Shown: positions 1 through 9,841, counted from the stretch's first letter. The stretch is DNA of 32,000 bases from Fastidiosibacter lacustris (GCF_003428155.1 NZ_QLIR01000006.1:30001-62000), one strand, 5' to 3'. Notes: a model not told the origin generated them from the letters alone. Numbers and translations: made by a program.

Positions 1-2
1 TG

Positions 3-818
3 TCATAATGCGTTACTCCTCATTGTTTCTAATTGGTTTATTGTTAAATTTATACCAAATTTGTTTTTAATTAAGCAAAAGATATCTTCTTCACTATCTA
101 TATCTTGTGTACTAATAAGGGTGTCTTTTACTTCAGTATATGTTTTATTACGAATGCTTATTCTGCCATTTTTTGTTGGTAAGCTTGCTACTCGATTTGT
201 TTTCAATAGACTCTTATTTGATGTCATTGTGTAATGGTATGCCATTTCAATATCTTCTGATGTTGCTAAGTGATCATAAAAACTGTAGATCACCTCCCAA
301 TCAGCGTCAGGTTTGATGTTTTCTTTTATAGATACAATCCATCCATAAATATTATTTTTTTGGATTTTAGTTGAATGAAATGAATACTCCGCGACTGTAC
401 CATGTTTTAGTAAGATCGGCATTCTTGGACCCTTGGCACCGAAGCCAATATCAAATAACCAGTTTTGACCTTCCAGTTCAACAATGAAAATTTGATGCGT
501 AGCAGGAGTTAAAACTGGCGTATGGACTCTTGCCAGATATTTCCTGTATTTAAAACCAATTTCATCAAATGCATTTGCCATAAGCATACAAGTTTCAAAG
601 CAAAGTCCGCCTTTCTTTTGCCTTATTATTCTGTCACTAATGAAGTCGTGATTTAAGCCAAATTTTTGATTAAATTGCATTTCAAAATTTTCGAATGGCA
701 CATTATAAATGTGTGCTTTATGCAGCATAAATAGCCCTTCTTTATTGGCTTCAATTGGCTGATTAATATTTATTCTTTCTAAATACTGCTTTATGTTAAA
801 AATCACAACCATCTCCAA
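3..818 (-). CDS. Arylamine N-acetyltransferase (NAT) family protein; likely true start ATG at 812 rather than TTG at 818
   Basis: Protein has the NAT signature KKGGLCFETC (catalytic Cys), THQIFIVELEGQNWLFDIGFGAKGP (catalytic His and Asp) and N-terminal VPFENF. Its start abuts the stop of the upstream gene at 819. Confidence 0.88.
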   Translation of the reverse strand: MEMVVIFNIKQYLERININQPIEANKEGLFMLHKAHIYNVPFENFEMQFNQKFGLNHDFISDRIIRQKKGGLCFETCMLMANAFDEIGFKYRKYLARVHTPVLTPATHQIFIVELEGQNWLFDIGFGAKGPRMPILLKHGTVAEYSFHSTKIQKNNIYGWIVSIKENIKPDADWEVIYSFYDHLATSEDIEMAYHYTMTSNKSLLKTNRVASLPTKNGRISIRNKTYTEVKDTLISTQDIDSEEDIFCLIKNKFGINLTINQLETMRSNAL

Positions 819-1904
819 CTAATGTATTATTTCCAGATCATTCTTATGAAAATAGGACGCGATATCGCAGCCCAATCCCTCAGCAAGCTTGACAGGTCCA
901 CTATAGTCAATAGTGTCAATCTGCTTTGTTTCTAGTTCGCTAATTTCACTAAGCATTTCCCTGTGGTTTGGAAAATTAATTTCATTCAGGACGAATCCCC
1001 ACAATCGCAACTCTTTGGAGGCAAACCATCTGATCGCACAAGGTAGCATGCTTAAGTAATATTCTTGTTGCTCTTTACTCAAGTTTGGGAATATTTTTTT
1101 CATGATTCCCGTGAATAAATTCGCGTGAGCAAGCTCATCTTTGCGGTGTGCGTCTATGGTCATTCTGCAGAAACTATTTATGCTCATATCTTTTGATAAG
1201 ACATCAAGGTACGAACTTATTAATGTTTCTGAAACACTTGCAGTTGCCAATCTGAGAAGCATGTTTTTTTGTTGATCATTTTGTTCGTTTATAACTTTTT
1301 TCTGTGAAAAAATTAAATCGTATTCTGGCAGAACAATTTTTCCCAAATTTCTTTCAACAGAGACTATGTTGCAGGCATTAACCGCCATGAGTGTGTGATA
1401 AGTCTCATCAACATAGGTTTCAGAAGCAATCTTCTTTGACAGGTAGTCTGTTGCCCCAGGGATTTTTTCTAGTATTATTGCTTCTAATACCGGATTGATG
1501 ATTTCTACTTCTATATGTATTGTTTTTTGATTATAAATAATCCATGCCCATGATAGGACATGTGACTTAAATTCCTTAGATGCGCTCTGCCAATGTGGGT
1601 GGTGATAGAAAGGTAGCAGTGTTTCATTGTAATCCTCTTTTCCATTATCGAAACATGCTTGGTAAGCATCATTGCTCTTGTCATTTTTAACTACAGCTCG
1701 TTTTTCCCAATGCTTTGAAAGCATATATAACGTCTTTTCAATGATATTTGCTGTTGGTGAATTACGATTATTCTGAGAACTCCCCATTTCTTCTATATCC
1801 CTTTTGTTTTCTGGGTTTAAGAGGAGTGCTTCATCACCCTCTATCCCAGTATTTGCCATGCTTGTGAGTATTCTTGGAGAGTTTTCAGAACTATTGTTCG
1901 ACAT
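819..1904 (-). CDS. AurF-like diiron oxygenase (p-aminobenzoate N-oxygenase family)
   Basis: Ordered metal-ligand pattern of the AurF family: Glu in HIEVEIINP, ExxH in DETYH, Glu in VSETLI, and HxxxExxH in DAHRKDELAH. ATG start preceded by GAGGT. Confidence 0.78.
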   Translation of the reverse strand: MSNNSSENSPRILTSMANTGIEGDEALLLNPENKRDIEEMGSSQNNRNSPTANIIEKTLYMLSKHWEKRAVVKNDKSNDAYQACFDNGKEDYNETLLPFYHHPHWQSASKEFKSHVLSWAWIIYNQKTIHIEVEIINPVLEAIILEKIPGATDYLSKKIASETYVDETYHTLMAVNACNIVSVERNLGKIVLPEYDLIFSQKKVINEQNDQQKNMLLRLATASVSETLISSYLDVLSKDMSINSFCRMTIDAHRKDELAHANLFTGIMKKIFPNLSKEQQEYYLSMLPCAIRWFASKELRLWGFVLNEINFPNHREMLSEISELETKQIDTIDYSGPVKLAEGLGCDIASYFHKNDLEIIH

Positions 1905-2021
1905 ATGTTTACCTCATGGAATTGTTATTACAGCCTGCTATTTTTACTCTTCAATGAAGCATCTAAATCCCTTGTGCAATTATATATGGTTTTATAATAT
2001 CTCCTGAATACAACATTTTTA

Positions 2022-2033
2022 ACCATATATGGT
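2022..2033. repeat. 12-bp perfect palindrome ACCATATATGGT; related ATATGGT words recur near 1983 and 2228
   Basis: Read directly from the sequence; lies in the intergenic region between divergent genes. Confidence 0.4.
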
Positions 2034-2101
2034 ATCTATCTTTCATTAAAAAGTTAATGACATTTGGTAATTTATGTGGGGTAAGCGTTTTTATTTGCGC
2101 A

Positions 2102-2152
2102 CATGAATAAGTTACCAATATGACAATAATCGTCGTTGTCATATGCTTCATG
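2102..2152. repeat. Composite inverted repeat: inner arms ATATGACAA (2118-2126) / TTGTCATAT (2136-2144), outer arms CATGAA (2102-2107) / TTCATG (2147-2152)
   Basis: Arms are perfect reverse complements with a 9-nt inner loop. The element is non-coding and intergenic. Confidence 0.6.
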
Positions 2153-2345
2153 CGGACTCTGAACATCTCTTTATTGGGCATTGCGAATCATTCCATGTTT
2201 CCATTTTCGGAATAATACAACACATTATATGGTATGTAAATGCTTAAATATGCATTTTTTATGATTTTTCTTTGATTTATAGTCATTCCGGTATATAACC
2301 GATCCTATATATCTCATGGTAACCTTTTTGGAGTATAAGTTGGAT

Positions 2346-2378
2346 AATGTCGATATTTATTGGAATGACGATATTTAT
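2346..2378. promoter_or_regulatory. Tandem near-identical 15-bp direct repeats (AATGTCGATATTTAT / AATGACGATATTTAT, 18-bp period) with a partial third similar stretch (ATCGGATATTGG) downstream; candidate operator for the adjacent XRE regulator
   Basis: 14/15 identity between copies at 2346-2360 and 2364-2378, about 100 bp upstream of the regulator ATG at 2475. Confidence 0.4.
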
Positions 2379-2474
2379 AATATATCGGATATTGGTCGAA
2401 ATAGTATTTGTTTCAAATATTCTGCTATATCTAGTAAAATAGATAACCTGATGGAACTGAAGTTCTGAAAGATA

Positions 2475-3206
2475 ATGGCTACAATTAATAATGTTCTGAA
2501 GCAATTGATGAGTGAAAATAATATGGATGTCACAAAGCTGGCGAGAAATACTGGGTTGCCTGTTACAACAGTGCACAGGTTGTGTACTTCTGACAACCCG
2601 AATCCAACGCTCTCAACTCTGATTCCAATAGCTGAGTTTTTTAACGTTTCCATAGATGAACTATCTGGGAAAACACCTTTATCAAGAGACCGAATAGTGG
2701 GGTTAACATATCAAGAAAATGTGGTTCACAGAAAAGTTCCTCTATATACATGGAGCGATTTTCTTGGCATGCTCCATAAATCTGAAATAGAGGCGACTCC
2801 AGTAAAATATATCGCAGTTGAAGGCGACTTATCATCAGAGTTATTTGCTATAATTATCCCAGATAAGTCATATGGAATACTATATAGGGTTGGATCAATC
2901 ATTATTGTTAATCCATGCTCAGCTATTGAAGACTCTGATTATGTTGTCACTGGACTAAAAGACTTTTCATATGTGGGAATTAAGCAGGTTGAGATTATTG
3001 AAGGTAGTATTTACCTAAGGTCAATCACTTCGAACAATAACACATCCGAGCCATATGTTAGTGATAAATATCAGATTCTAGGTGTTATTTGTGAAACGCG
3101 TTTTCAAAAAGAAAATGCCAAAGAGCTAATGAAATTGAGCGAGAAAGTTACTAAAAAACTACCAACTTTCAACATTTTCAAACAACTTGGACTAAGAAAA
3201 TCATGA
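2475..3206 (+). CDS. XRE-family HTH transcriptional regulator with C-terminal S24/LexA-like domain
   Basis: N-terminal HTH (MDVTKLARNTGLPVTTVHRLC...NPTLSTLIPIAEFFNVSIDEL). C-terminal PDKSYGILYRVGSIIIVNP...DSDYVV...IKQVEIIEGSIYLRSI resembles the repressor S24 fold with Ser and Lys retained. Confidence 0.75.
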   Translation: MATINNVLKQLMSENNMDVTKLARNTGLPVTTVHRLCTSDNPNPTLSTLIPIAEFFNVSIDELSGKTPLSRDRIVGLTYQENVVHRKVPLYTWSDFLGMLHKSEIEATPVKYIAVEGDLSSELFAIIIPDKSYGILYRVGSIIIVNPCSAIEDSDYVVTGLKDFSYVGIKQVEIIEGSIYLRSITSNNNTSEPYVSDKYQILGVICETRFQKENAKELMKLSEKVTKKLPTFNIFKQLGLRKS

Positions 3207-3724
3207 ATAATAAAAAGCTAATTATGAATAAACTCATAGCTTATACCAAGCTGCACAGCGAACAAGTCCCTTATGGAGCATGTATTGTTGATGAGGATGG
3301 GGAAATTATAGCCTATGGACTTGGACAACCAAAATCCTCTCCAACATTCCATGCTGAGATTATGGCTATTAATAATTGTGCATCGCAGTATCCAAATATT
3401 GATTGGTCAAAACTAACTATATATACAACTGGCGAACCATGTATAATGTGTTCTTCAGCAATATGTTGGTCAGGTATCAGAGAAATTGTTTATGGGACAC
3501 CAGTTTCATTTATGACAAAATTGTGGGGGATTGAAGCCAGCACAACATGCCCCGATATTATAAAACTTGTACCAAATCCACCACAATTATCTGAACCTAT
3601 ATGCGAAGATCAATGTAACGAGATGTTCACTGAATACGATTCAAAATATAGAAAAGTACTTGATGACAGACTAAAGGAAGGTAGAGGTCAGTCTAAAATC
3701 ATACGAGAGGAAGAGAGAGTATAA
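3203..3724 (+). CDS. Nucleoside/nucleobase deaminase (guanine/cytidine/tRNA-adenosine deaminase-like fold)
   Basis: Zinc motifs FHAEIMAINNC (HAE) and GEPCIMCSSAICWSG (PCxxC). Start overlaps the preceding stop by 4 nt (ATGA). Confidence 0.78.
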   Translation: MNNKKLIMNKLIAYTKLHSEQVPYGACIVDEDGEIIAYGLGQPKSSPTFHAEIMAINNCASQYPNIDWSKLTIYTTGEPCIMCSSAICWSGIREIVYGTPVSFMTKLWGIEASTTCPDIIKLVPNPPQLSEPICEDQCNEMFTEYDSKYRKVLDDRLKEGRGQSKIIREEERV

Positions 3725-3727
3725 TAA

Positions 3728-4336
3728 ATGTTGAAATTCCCATACAATGGTATAATTACCAATAATTCTTGCAAAAACGAGAAAAGTTCCCCCGATGATA
3801 TACTCGAACTTATGACGATTAAAAAAGCAATGTTTGGTAAACATAAAGGTGAGTTCGTTGCCATAGGTAAATTAACTCAAAATCCAAGATTAACAATAAC
3901 AAAGTCATGTAAAGAATTGGTTGACCATGACAAAGAAATCCTAATGAACTACAGGAAAGAAGATATTGCCCAAATAGCGACAACTGCGGCTAAGAATAAT
4001 GACGCGAGTGTTCATTTATCATTAGCAAGACCAATGAAGTTGTTTTCTATTCTCACAGCTATTTTTGCGTCACTAGTACTGATAAGCAACATATTATCAA
4101 GTAAACTCATATCGTTTTACGGTTGCACGTTCACTGGCGGGTATTTGTTGTATTTTTTTACCTACGCCACAAGTGCCCTCATAACAGAAGTATATGGATA
4201 CGAATACTCTAGACAGGCTATATGGGCTGCTATAATTATCAATATTGTTTTTGTTGCTGCTAGTTACCCAACGATAGTTGCCGATCCAGCCACATTTTGG
4301 CACTACAGTGAGATGAGTGCCGATCAATCTAATTAA
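3728..4336 (+). CDS. N-terminal part of a VUT/YhhQ-like (putative queuosine precursor) transporter with a ~110 aa soluble N-terminal extension; ends at an in-frame TAA
   Basis: Membrane segment ILSSKLISFYGCTFTGGYLLYFFTYATSALITEVYGYEYSRQAIWAA is typical of the VUT family. Same reading frame as 4349-4756. Confidence 0.68.
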   Translation: MLKFPYNGIITNNSCKNEKSSPDDILELMTIKKAMFGKHKGEFVAIGKLTQNPRLTITKSCKELVDHDKEILMNYRKEDIAQIATTAAKNNDASVHLSLARPMKLFSILTAIFASLVLISNILSSKLISFYGCTFTGGYLLYFFTYATSALITEVYGYEYSRQAIWAAIIINIVFVAASYPTIVADPATFWHYSEMSADQSN

Positions 4337-4348
4337 GCTTTCTCTTCG

Positions 4349-4756
4349 GTGTTATCCTCAACCCCTAGAATAATAATATCCTCACTTATTGCTTTTGCTT
4401 TGGGTGAATTTGTTAATTCATATATTATTTCAAAAATAAAGATATTTGATAATGGTGACAAGATCCACAAAAGAATACTCGTTTCTTATTTAACTTCTGT
4501 TCTTATAGGCAGTTTCGCATTTGCATATTTAGCTTTTTATGGTATCTCATCGTCGTTTGAAGTATTGTCTCTATCAATGAAAATATATATTGGAACTATT
4601 ATTGCAGAATTTCTAATGTTACCCGTCATCATAAAGTTATGTGTATTTGTGAAAAAATATGAGCGAATAGACATGTATGATTACAATGCCATATATACTC
4701 CTTTCAGGTTATCTATATCATACAAAAAATATAACAACAAATATAATCAAGCATAA
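4349..4756 (+). CDS. C-terminal part of the same VUT/YhhQ-like transporter (frame-continuous with 3728-4336)
   Basis: SSTPRIIISSLIAFALGEFVNSYIISKIKI matches the family's TPRI...SxxAFxxGxFxxxYI region. It starts only at a GTG with no visible ribosome-binding site. Confidence 0.62.
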   Translation: MLSSTPRIIISSLIAFALGEFVNSYIISKIKIFDNGDKIHKRILVSYLTSVLIGSFAFAYLAFYGISSSFEVLSLSMKIYIGTIIAEFLMLPVIIKLCVFVKKYERIDMYDYNAIYTPFRLSISYKKYNNKYNQA

Positions 4757-5069
4757 TAAAACAAATATGGATAACTCTATTAACTTTAACAAAAATTTAT
4801 CTAAGAACTGGCACAGGAGGACCCAAGTTATAAGACATTCTGGAAGAGAAACATATGATCCTTGATGAAGGAAAGTACAGTGAGGTATGGCAAAAAAAAT
4901 TAGTTAAATTGGTGTGTTCTATTTAAATCAACTAGGTGTTCCTAGTTGCAAGGAAATGATTAATGATTGTCGAGGCATTATTTATGGCAATATAGATTAC
5001 TCAAACATAGAAAACTTATGCCTTAGTTTAAACCCAAATTATGATTTAAAAGAAGAGTTACTTGTTTAG
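4677..5069 (+). pseudogene. Possible degraded coding remnants (reading WHRRTQVIRHSGRETYDP* in one frame, then open frame 4908-5069 ending ...NPNYDLKEELLV*)
   Basis: Peptide-like stretches in different frames with no complete ORF. The second stretch ends just before the next gene. Family not identifiable by eye. Confidence 0.25.
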
Positions 5070-5079
5070 GAATACTATT

Positions 5080-5781
5080 ATGAAAAAAGCAAATGTTATC
5101 CAGCATATCTTATTCGAAGGGATAGGTAATATTGAAATCGCATTACTGCAACGTGGTTTCACTATATTTAATTATTACGCGCCAACAGATGATTTATCTA
5201 ATGTTTCAGACTGTGATCTATTAATCATTCTAGGTGCTCCAGTATCAGTTAATGATGACAAAATATATCCTTACCTCATGGAAGAAAAGCAGATACTCAA
5301 ACAAAGAGTGCTTAACGATTTACCAACAATAGGGATTTGTCTTGGCGCCCAACTACTAGCTGAAGTTACTGGGTCAAAAATTTACTCTGGCGATGTAAAG
5401 GAAATAGGATGGCATGAGATATATTCCAATGAGAATACTATTCTCTCACATTTTAACAATGAAATGGCGTTTCATTGGCACGGAGATACTTTCGATGCTA
5501 ATGATAAAATGGAAGTCATTGCTAAGTCTAAATTATATATTCAGGCTTTTATTATAGGGAAAAATATATTAGGGTTACAATTTCACCCAGAGTACCAAGG
5601 TGGTAATGAGATAGAGAAATGGCTAATAGGTCATGCCTGTGAGTTAAACACAAACAAAATAGATGTATTTAAAATGCGGACTGATAATATGTTGTATTCC
5701 GATTGGTATCAGAGTCTATCAAGTAAACTTTGGGCACAGTATTTAGATAACATCAACCTGGGACTAAGGACCGTGCACTGA
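5080..5781 (+). CDS. Type 1 glutamine amidotransferase (GMP synthase GATase-like)
   Basis: Nucleophile elbow GICLGAQLLAEVTG, plus FHWHGDTF and GLQFHPEYQ. The track ORF starts at TTG 5062, but ATG at 5080 (MKKANVIQHI) is the likelier start. Confidence 0.88.
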   Translation: MKKANVIQHILFEGIGNIEIALLQRGFTIFNYYAPTDDLSNVSDCDLLIILGAPVSVNDDKIYPYLMEEKQILKQRVLNDLPTIGICLGAQLLAEVTGSKIYSGDVKEIGWHEIYSNENTILSHFNNEMAFHWHGDTFDANDKMEVIAKSKLYIQAFIIGKNILGLQFHPEYQGGNEIEKWLIGHACELNTNKIDVFKMRTDNMLYSDWYQSLSSKLWAQYLDNINLGLRTVH

Positions 5782-5896
5782 GAAATAAAGTTAATCACCA
5801 AAAAAACGGGTTGAACCCATATAGGAAACACGGCTGTCCCATCTAAAAATGTATTAGCCAAGATAATATGTTACAATCATTTCACGCTATCGTTTT

Positions 5897-8728
5897 GTGA
5901 ATCCATCAATGGACAGAATTATTATTAAAGGTGCAAAAACGCATAACCTTAAAAATATAGATTTAGAAATTCCACGTGATAAATTAACAGTGATTACAGG
6001 TCTAAGCGGCTCGGGAAAGTCTTCTTTGGCGTTTGATACTTTATATGCTGAGGGGCAGCGCCGTTATGTTGAGTCTCTTTCAAGTTATGCCAGACAATTT
6101 CTATCTTTAATGGATAAGCCTGAAATTGAGCATATAGAAGGTTTATCACCTGCAATTTCAATAGAGCAGAAAACAACTTCACATAATCCGCGTTCAACTG
6201 TTGGAACGGTAACGGAAATTTATGATTATTTAAGAGTTTTGTTTGCACGTATTGGTGAGCCAAGATGTCCCAATCATAAGGTTGAACTAAAGGCACAAAC
6301 GATTAGCCAGATGGTGGATCATACTTTAGCATTAGATGATGAAACTAAGCTTATGATTGTTTCACCTGTTATTGTGGATAAAAAGGGAGAACACATTCAA
6401 TTAATGGAAAAGCTTTATGCTGAAGGTTATTTGCGTGCCAGAATCAATGGTGAAGTCTATGAACTAAGTGATCCACCTCAACTTGATCGTTATAAAAAGC
6501 ATACGATTGAAGTTGTGATCGATCGATTTAAACCACAAGCTAAACATCAGCAGCGCTTAGCAGAGTCATTTGAAACGGCTTTAGATTTATCTGGGGGCAT
6601 TGCTAAGCTTGTTTTTTTAGAGGGTAAGCAACAAGATGTCATTTTTTCTTCTAAACATGCATGTCCATATTGTAATTATTCCTTAAAAGAGTTGGCTCCT
6701 CGCATTTTTTCATTTAATAGCCCTATAGGTGCCTGCCCAGACTGTGATGGTTTGGGGACAAAGGCCTATTTTGATGTCGAGAAAATTATTGTTGACGATT
6801 CTCTTAGTTTGAGCAATGGTGCAATTTACGGTTGGGATAAGCGGAATGGTTACTATTTCGCTCAATTAAAGTCTCTAGCTGAGCATTTTGGGTTTTCGAT
6901 GGATACTCCTTATCAGCAGTTTACAGCAGAACAAAAAGCACTGATATTGCATGGCTCGGGTAAAACGAGTATCGATATTTATTTTAAAAGTACAGGTGGG
7001 CGAGAATACCATGCACAAAAACCATTTGAAGGTGTTTTAGCCCACTTTGAACGTCGTTATAAAGAAACCGATTCAAGTATGATCCGTGAAGAGTTAAGTA
7101 AACTTATGAGTAATTTAGCTTGTCCTTCCTGTCATGAAACACGCCTTAATGAAGGTGCCAGAAATGTATTTATCAACAATAAAAACATAGCGGATTTAAC
7201 CGCACTTTCAATAAAAGATGGAGTAAGATGGTTAAATAACCTTGAGTTGTCTGGACAAAAGCAACTCATTGCAGAGCGTCTATTAAAAGAGATATTGGCA
7301 CGCTTAGGTTTTTTAGCTAATGTCGGTTTGGATTATTTAAGTTTATCTCGTCAAGCGGACACTTTATCGGGAGGGGAGGCACAGCGTATTCGATTGGCAA
7401 GTCAGATTGGTGCAGGTTTAGTTGGAGTGATGTATATTCTTGATGAGCCTTCAATTGGGCTACATCAGCGTGATAACCAAAAGCTTTTGGATACGCTCCA
7501 TCACCTGCGTGATTTAGGCAATACCGTAATTGTTGTGGAGCATGATGAGGATGCAATTAAGCAAGCTGATCATATTATTGATATAGGACCTGGTGCAGGC
7601 ATTCATGGTGGTCAGATCGTTGCTGAAGGTAGACTTACTGATATTGTGAATAATAAAGCCTCTTTAACGGGAGATTATTTATCTGGGCGTAAAAAAATTA
7701 TGTCCAATAGTCAGCCACTTAAGCCTAAAAAAAATCATTACATTGAAATCATAGGTGCCAGAGGAAACAATTTGCAAAACGTGCATTTAAAGATTCCTAT
7801 TGGGCTGTTAACGTGTGTAACTGGAGTGTCAGGCTCGGGGAAGTCAACTTTGATTAACCGCACACTTTATCCATTAGCTGCAAAGTTGTTAAATCGTAAT
7901 AACACAATTACCCCTCAGAGCTATGATAGTCACAAAGGCTTTAATCAGTTGGATAAGGTGATTGATATTGACCAAAGTCCAATTGGTCGCACCCCACGTT
8001 CAAATCCTGCAACTTACACTGGTGTATTTACTCCAATACGTGAGCTCTTTACTGCGACTACTGAATCACGCTCACGTGGTTATCAGGTGGGACGCTTTAG
8101 CTTTAATGTTAGAGGTGGACGCTGTGAAGCTTGTCAGGGTGACGGTGTAATTAAGGTTGAAATGCACTTTTTACCTGATGTTTATGTGCCGTGTGATGTA
8201 TGTCAAGGAAAACGTTATAATCGTGAAACATTAGAGATTCAATATAAGGGCAAAAATATTAGTGAAGTGCTGAATATGAGTATTGAAGAGGCATTGGAGT
8301 TTTTTAGTGCCGTGCCACAGATTAAACGTAGATTGCAAACACTGATGGATGTTGGTTTGTCCTATGTTACGCTTGGTCAAAATGCAACAACACTTTCAGG
8401 TGGTGAAGCACAGCGAGTGAAACTTGCAAAAGAGTTATCAAAAACAGCAACAGGACAAACCTTATATATATTAGATGAACCCACAACAGGGCTACATTTT
8501 CATGATATTCAGCAACTCTTAACAGTGATCATGCGTTTAAAAGAGCAAGGTAATACGATTGTGATTATTGAACATAATTTGGATGTTATTAAAGTAGCAG
8601 ATTGGATTATTGATTTAGGGCCAGAAGGGGGTGACGGTGGAGGTCAAATTATTGCCGAAGGTCCACCAAAAGAAGTTACTAAAATAGAAAACTCATATAC
8701 GGGTAAGTTTTTAAAAAATCGCATTTAG
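5897..8728 (+). CDS. uvrA: Excinuclease ABC subunit A; start may be ATG at 5909 rather than GTG at 5897
   Basis: [35 protein letters not shown], two ABC signature motifs ([31 protein letters not shown]), CxxC zinc motifs; full length. Confidence 0.98.
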   Translation: MNPSMDRIIIKGAKTHNLKNIDLEIPRDKLTVITGLSGSGKSSLAFDTLYAEGQRRYVESLSSYARQFLSLMDKPEIEHIEGLSPAISIEQKTTSHNPRSTVGTVTEIYDYLRVLFARIGEPRCPNHKVELKAQTISQMVDHTLALDDETKLMIVSPVIVDKKGEHIQLMEKLYAEGYLRARINGEVYELSDPPQLDRYKKHTIEVVIDRFKPQAKHQQRLAESFETALDLSGGIAKLVFLEGKQQDVIFSSKHACPYCNYSLKELAPRIFSFNSPIGACPDCDGLGTKAYFDVEKIIVDDSLSLSNGAIYGWDKRNGYYFAQLKSLAEHFGFSMDTPYQQFTAEQKALILHGSGKTSIDIYFKSTGGREYHAQKPFEGVLAHFERRYKETDSSMIREELSKLMSNLACPSCHETRLNEGARNVFINNKNIADLTALSIKDGVRWLNNLELSGQKQLIAERLLKEILARLGFLANVGLDYLSLSRQADTLSGGEAQRIRLASQIGAGLVGVMYILDEPSIGLHQRDNQKLLDTLHHLRDLGNTVIVVEHDEDAIKQADHIIDIGPGAGIHGGQIVAEGRLTDIVNNKASLTGDYLSGRKKIMSNSQPLKPKKNHYIEIIGARGNNLQNVHLKIPIGLLTCVTGVSGSGKSTLINRTLYPLAAKLLNRNNTITPQSYDSHKGFNQLDKVIDIDQSPIGRTPRSNPATYTGVFTPIRELFTATTESRSRGYQVGRFSFNVRGGRCEACQGDGVIKVEMHFLPDVYVPCDVCQGKRYNRETLEIQYKGKNISEVLNMSIEEALEFFSAVPQIKRRLQTLMDVGLSYVTLGQNATTLSGGEAQRVKLAKELSKTATGQTLYILDEPTTGLHFHDIQQLLTVIMRLKEQGNTIVIIEHNLDVIKVADWIIDLGPEGGDGGGQIIAEGPPKEVTKIENSYTGKFLKNRI

Positions 8729-9841
8729 AGCCTGGAGAATGATCCATACAGAAATACCTGTCGAAATGTAAAACACACTAGAAACAAAAACCTGACTTTT
8801 TTTAAACTTACATAGTAAGTGGTCAATACAAGCACCTAAAATAAATGAATATGTTACGAAGGTTACTGTGCGATCTATTATTAATAATACTTGGTAAGTG
8901 AAATTTATTTCAATGCCTGTTGAGTCGTGGTGAATAATTAAAAGGCAAGTAGAGCTTAAAAAAAGAAAAATAAGTAACACAATAGATATCTGGATTTTAG
9001 TGTTTTTACTTCTTGCGATATAACATATCGCAATTGTTAAGACTAAATTAATCGGTGTAATCTTAATCAATAACATGAAGTTGAAATATTCAATATGATT
9101 TAAGAAATATAAAAGTTTGATCTTATCAAGTAGTATTGAAGTAAGCGTGATTGTTATACTAATAATAATCAACACTAAAAGCATTTTAGCATGGCGCATG
9201 AGGTGAAAAACATTAATAAAAAGATGATCAGTAAAACTGTGAAACGAACTTCGTTTTTGTGCTTGCATTTTGCTTAAGAAAAGTAGCACAGCAGCTAATG
9301 TGATAAAACCTAAGCACAATAAAAGAAAATATTGCTCAATAGTATAATAGTGATTGTTATATGTCCATTTTAAAAATGAGGTAAGTAATGTGGTATTGAG
9401 TGCGTATGTTGTTGTAATCACTAAAAAACGATACCTGTGTGGTGCTAAACTCCAAAGATTAAGGGAGATAATAATAAAAATAATATTAGTTAATGACATA
9501 GCAATGATAGAAGCAGTGAGGCTAATAAAGTTAAACTTGAAATATAACACCACAATCGATGCAAACTGCAATACAATACAGATAAAAACCAAACGCTTAT
9601 GATTAAATGTTCGTGAAAAAATATTTAAAAAAGGCAATAGGAAAAAACCCACCGAAAACAAACTAATCAGTAAAAAATGATAAGTAGAAATATAGAGGCT
9701 TAAATTGTAATACACATCATGTAAAGCAATGTTTTGAATAATGTAAGATGAATAAAGTATGAAGGCAATAACCAAGCTTGCCAAACAAGTCATCAGTAAA
9801 ATCAAGTTTAACCACAAATATTTAGAGAATGATGCGGACAT
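8711..9841 (-). CDS. Polytopic membrane protein, possibly MFS-like, third gene of a two-component operon
   Basis: Multiple hydrophobic segments throughout; overlaps the histidine kinase gene by 20 nt. Confidence 0.4.
   Translation of the reverse strand: MSASFSKYLWLNLILLMTCLASLVIAFILYSSYIIQNIALHDVYYNLSLYISTYHFLLISLFSVGFFLLPFLNIFSRTFNHKRLVFICIVLQFASIVVLYFKFNFISLTASIIAMSLTNIIFIIISLNLWSLAPHRYRFLVITTTYALNTTLLTSFLKWTYNNHYYTIEQYFLLLCLGFITLAAVLLFLSKMQAQKRSSFHSFTDHLFINVFHLMRHAKMLLVLIIISITITLTSILLDKIKLLYFLNHIEYFNFMLLIKITPINLVLTIAICYIARSKNTKIQISIVLLIFLFLSSTCLLIIHHDSTGIEINFTYQVLLIIDRTVTFVTYSFILGACIDHLLCKFKKSQVFVSSVFYISTGISVWIILQALNAIF

Noticed and set aside
1804-2181. Small ORFs 1804-2007 (+) and 1963-2181 (-)
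   Set aside because: The first overlaps the AurF-like gene antisense. The second lies in the repeat-rich intergenic DNA with low-complexity, unconvincing protein and no ribosome-binding site.
2283-2835. Minus-strand ORFs 2283-2576, 2375-2653 and 2641-2835
   Set aside because: They are partly or fully antisense to the regulator gene and overlap each other in different frames. No recognisable domain.
2475-5781. Defence island or phage module hypothesis
   Set aside because: The phage-repressor-like regulator and zinc deaminase raised the idea, but there is no integrase, structural gene, nuclease, RT or toxin effector. The deaminase also looks more like salvage enzymes than an established dCTP-deaminase defence effector.
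7317-8150. ORFs inside uvrA (7317-7556 minus, 7962-8150 plus)
   Set aside because: Out-of-frame shadow ORFs within a clearly coding, full-length uvrA.
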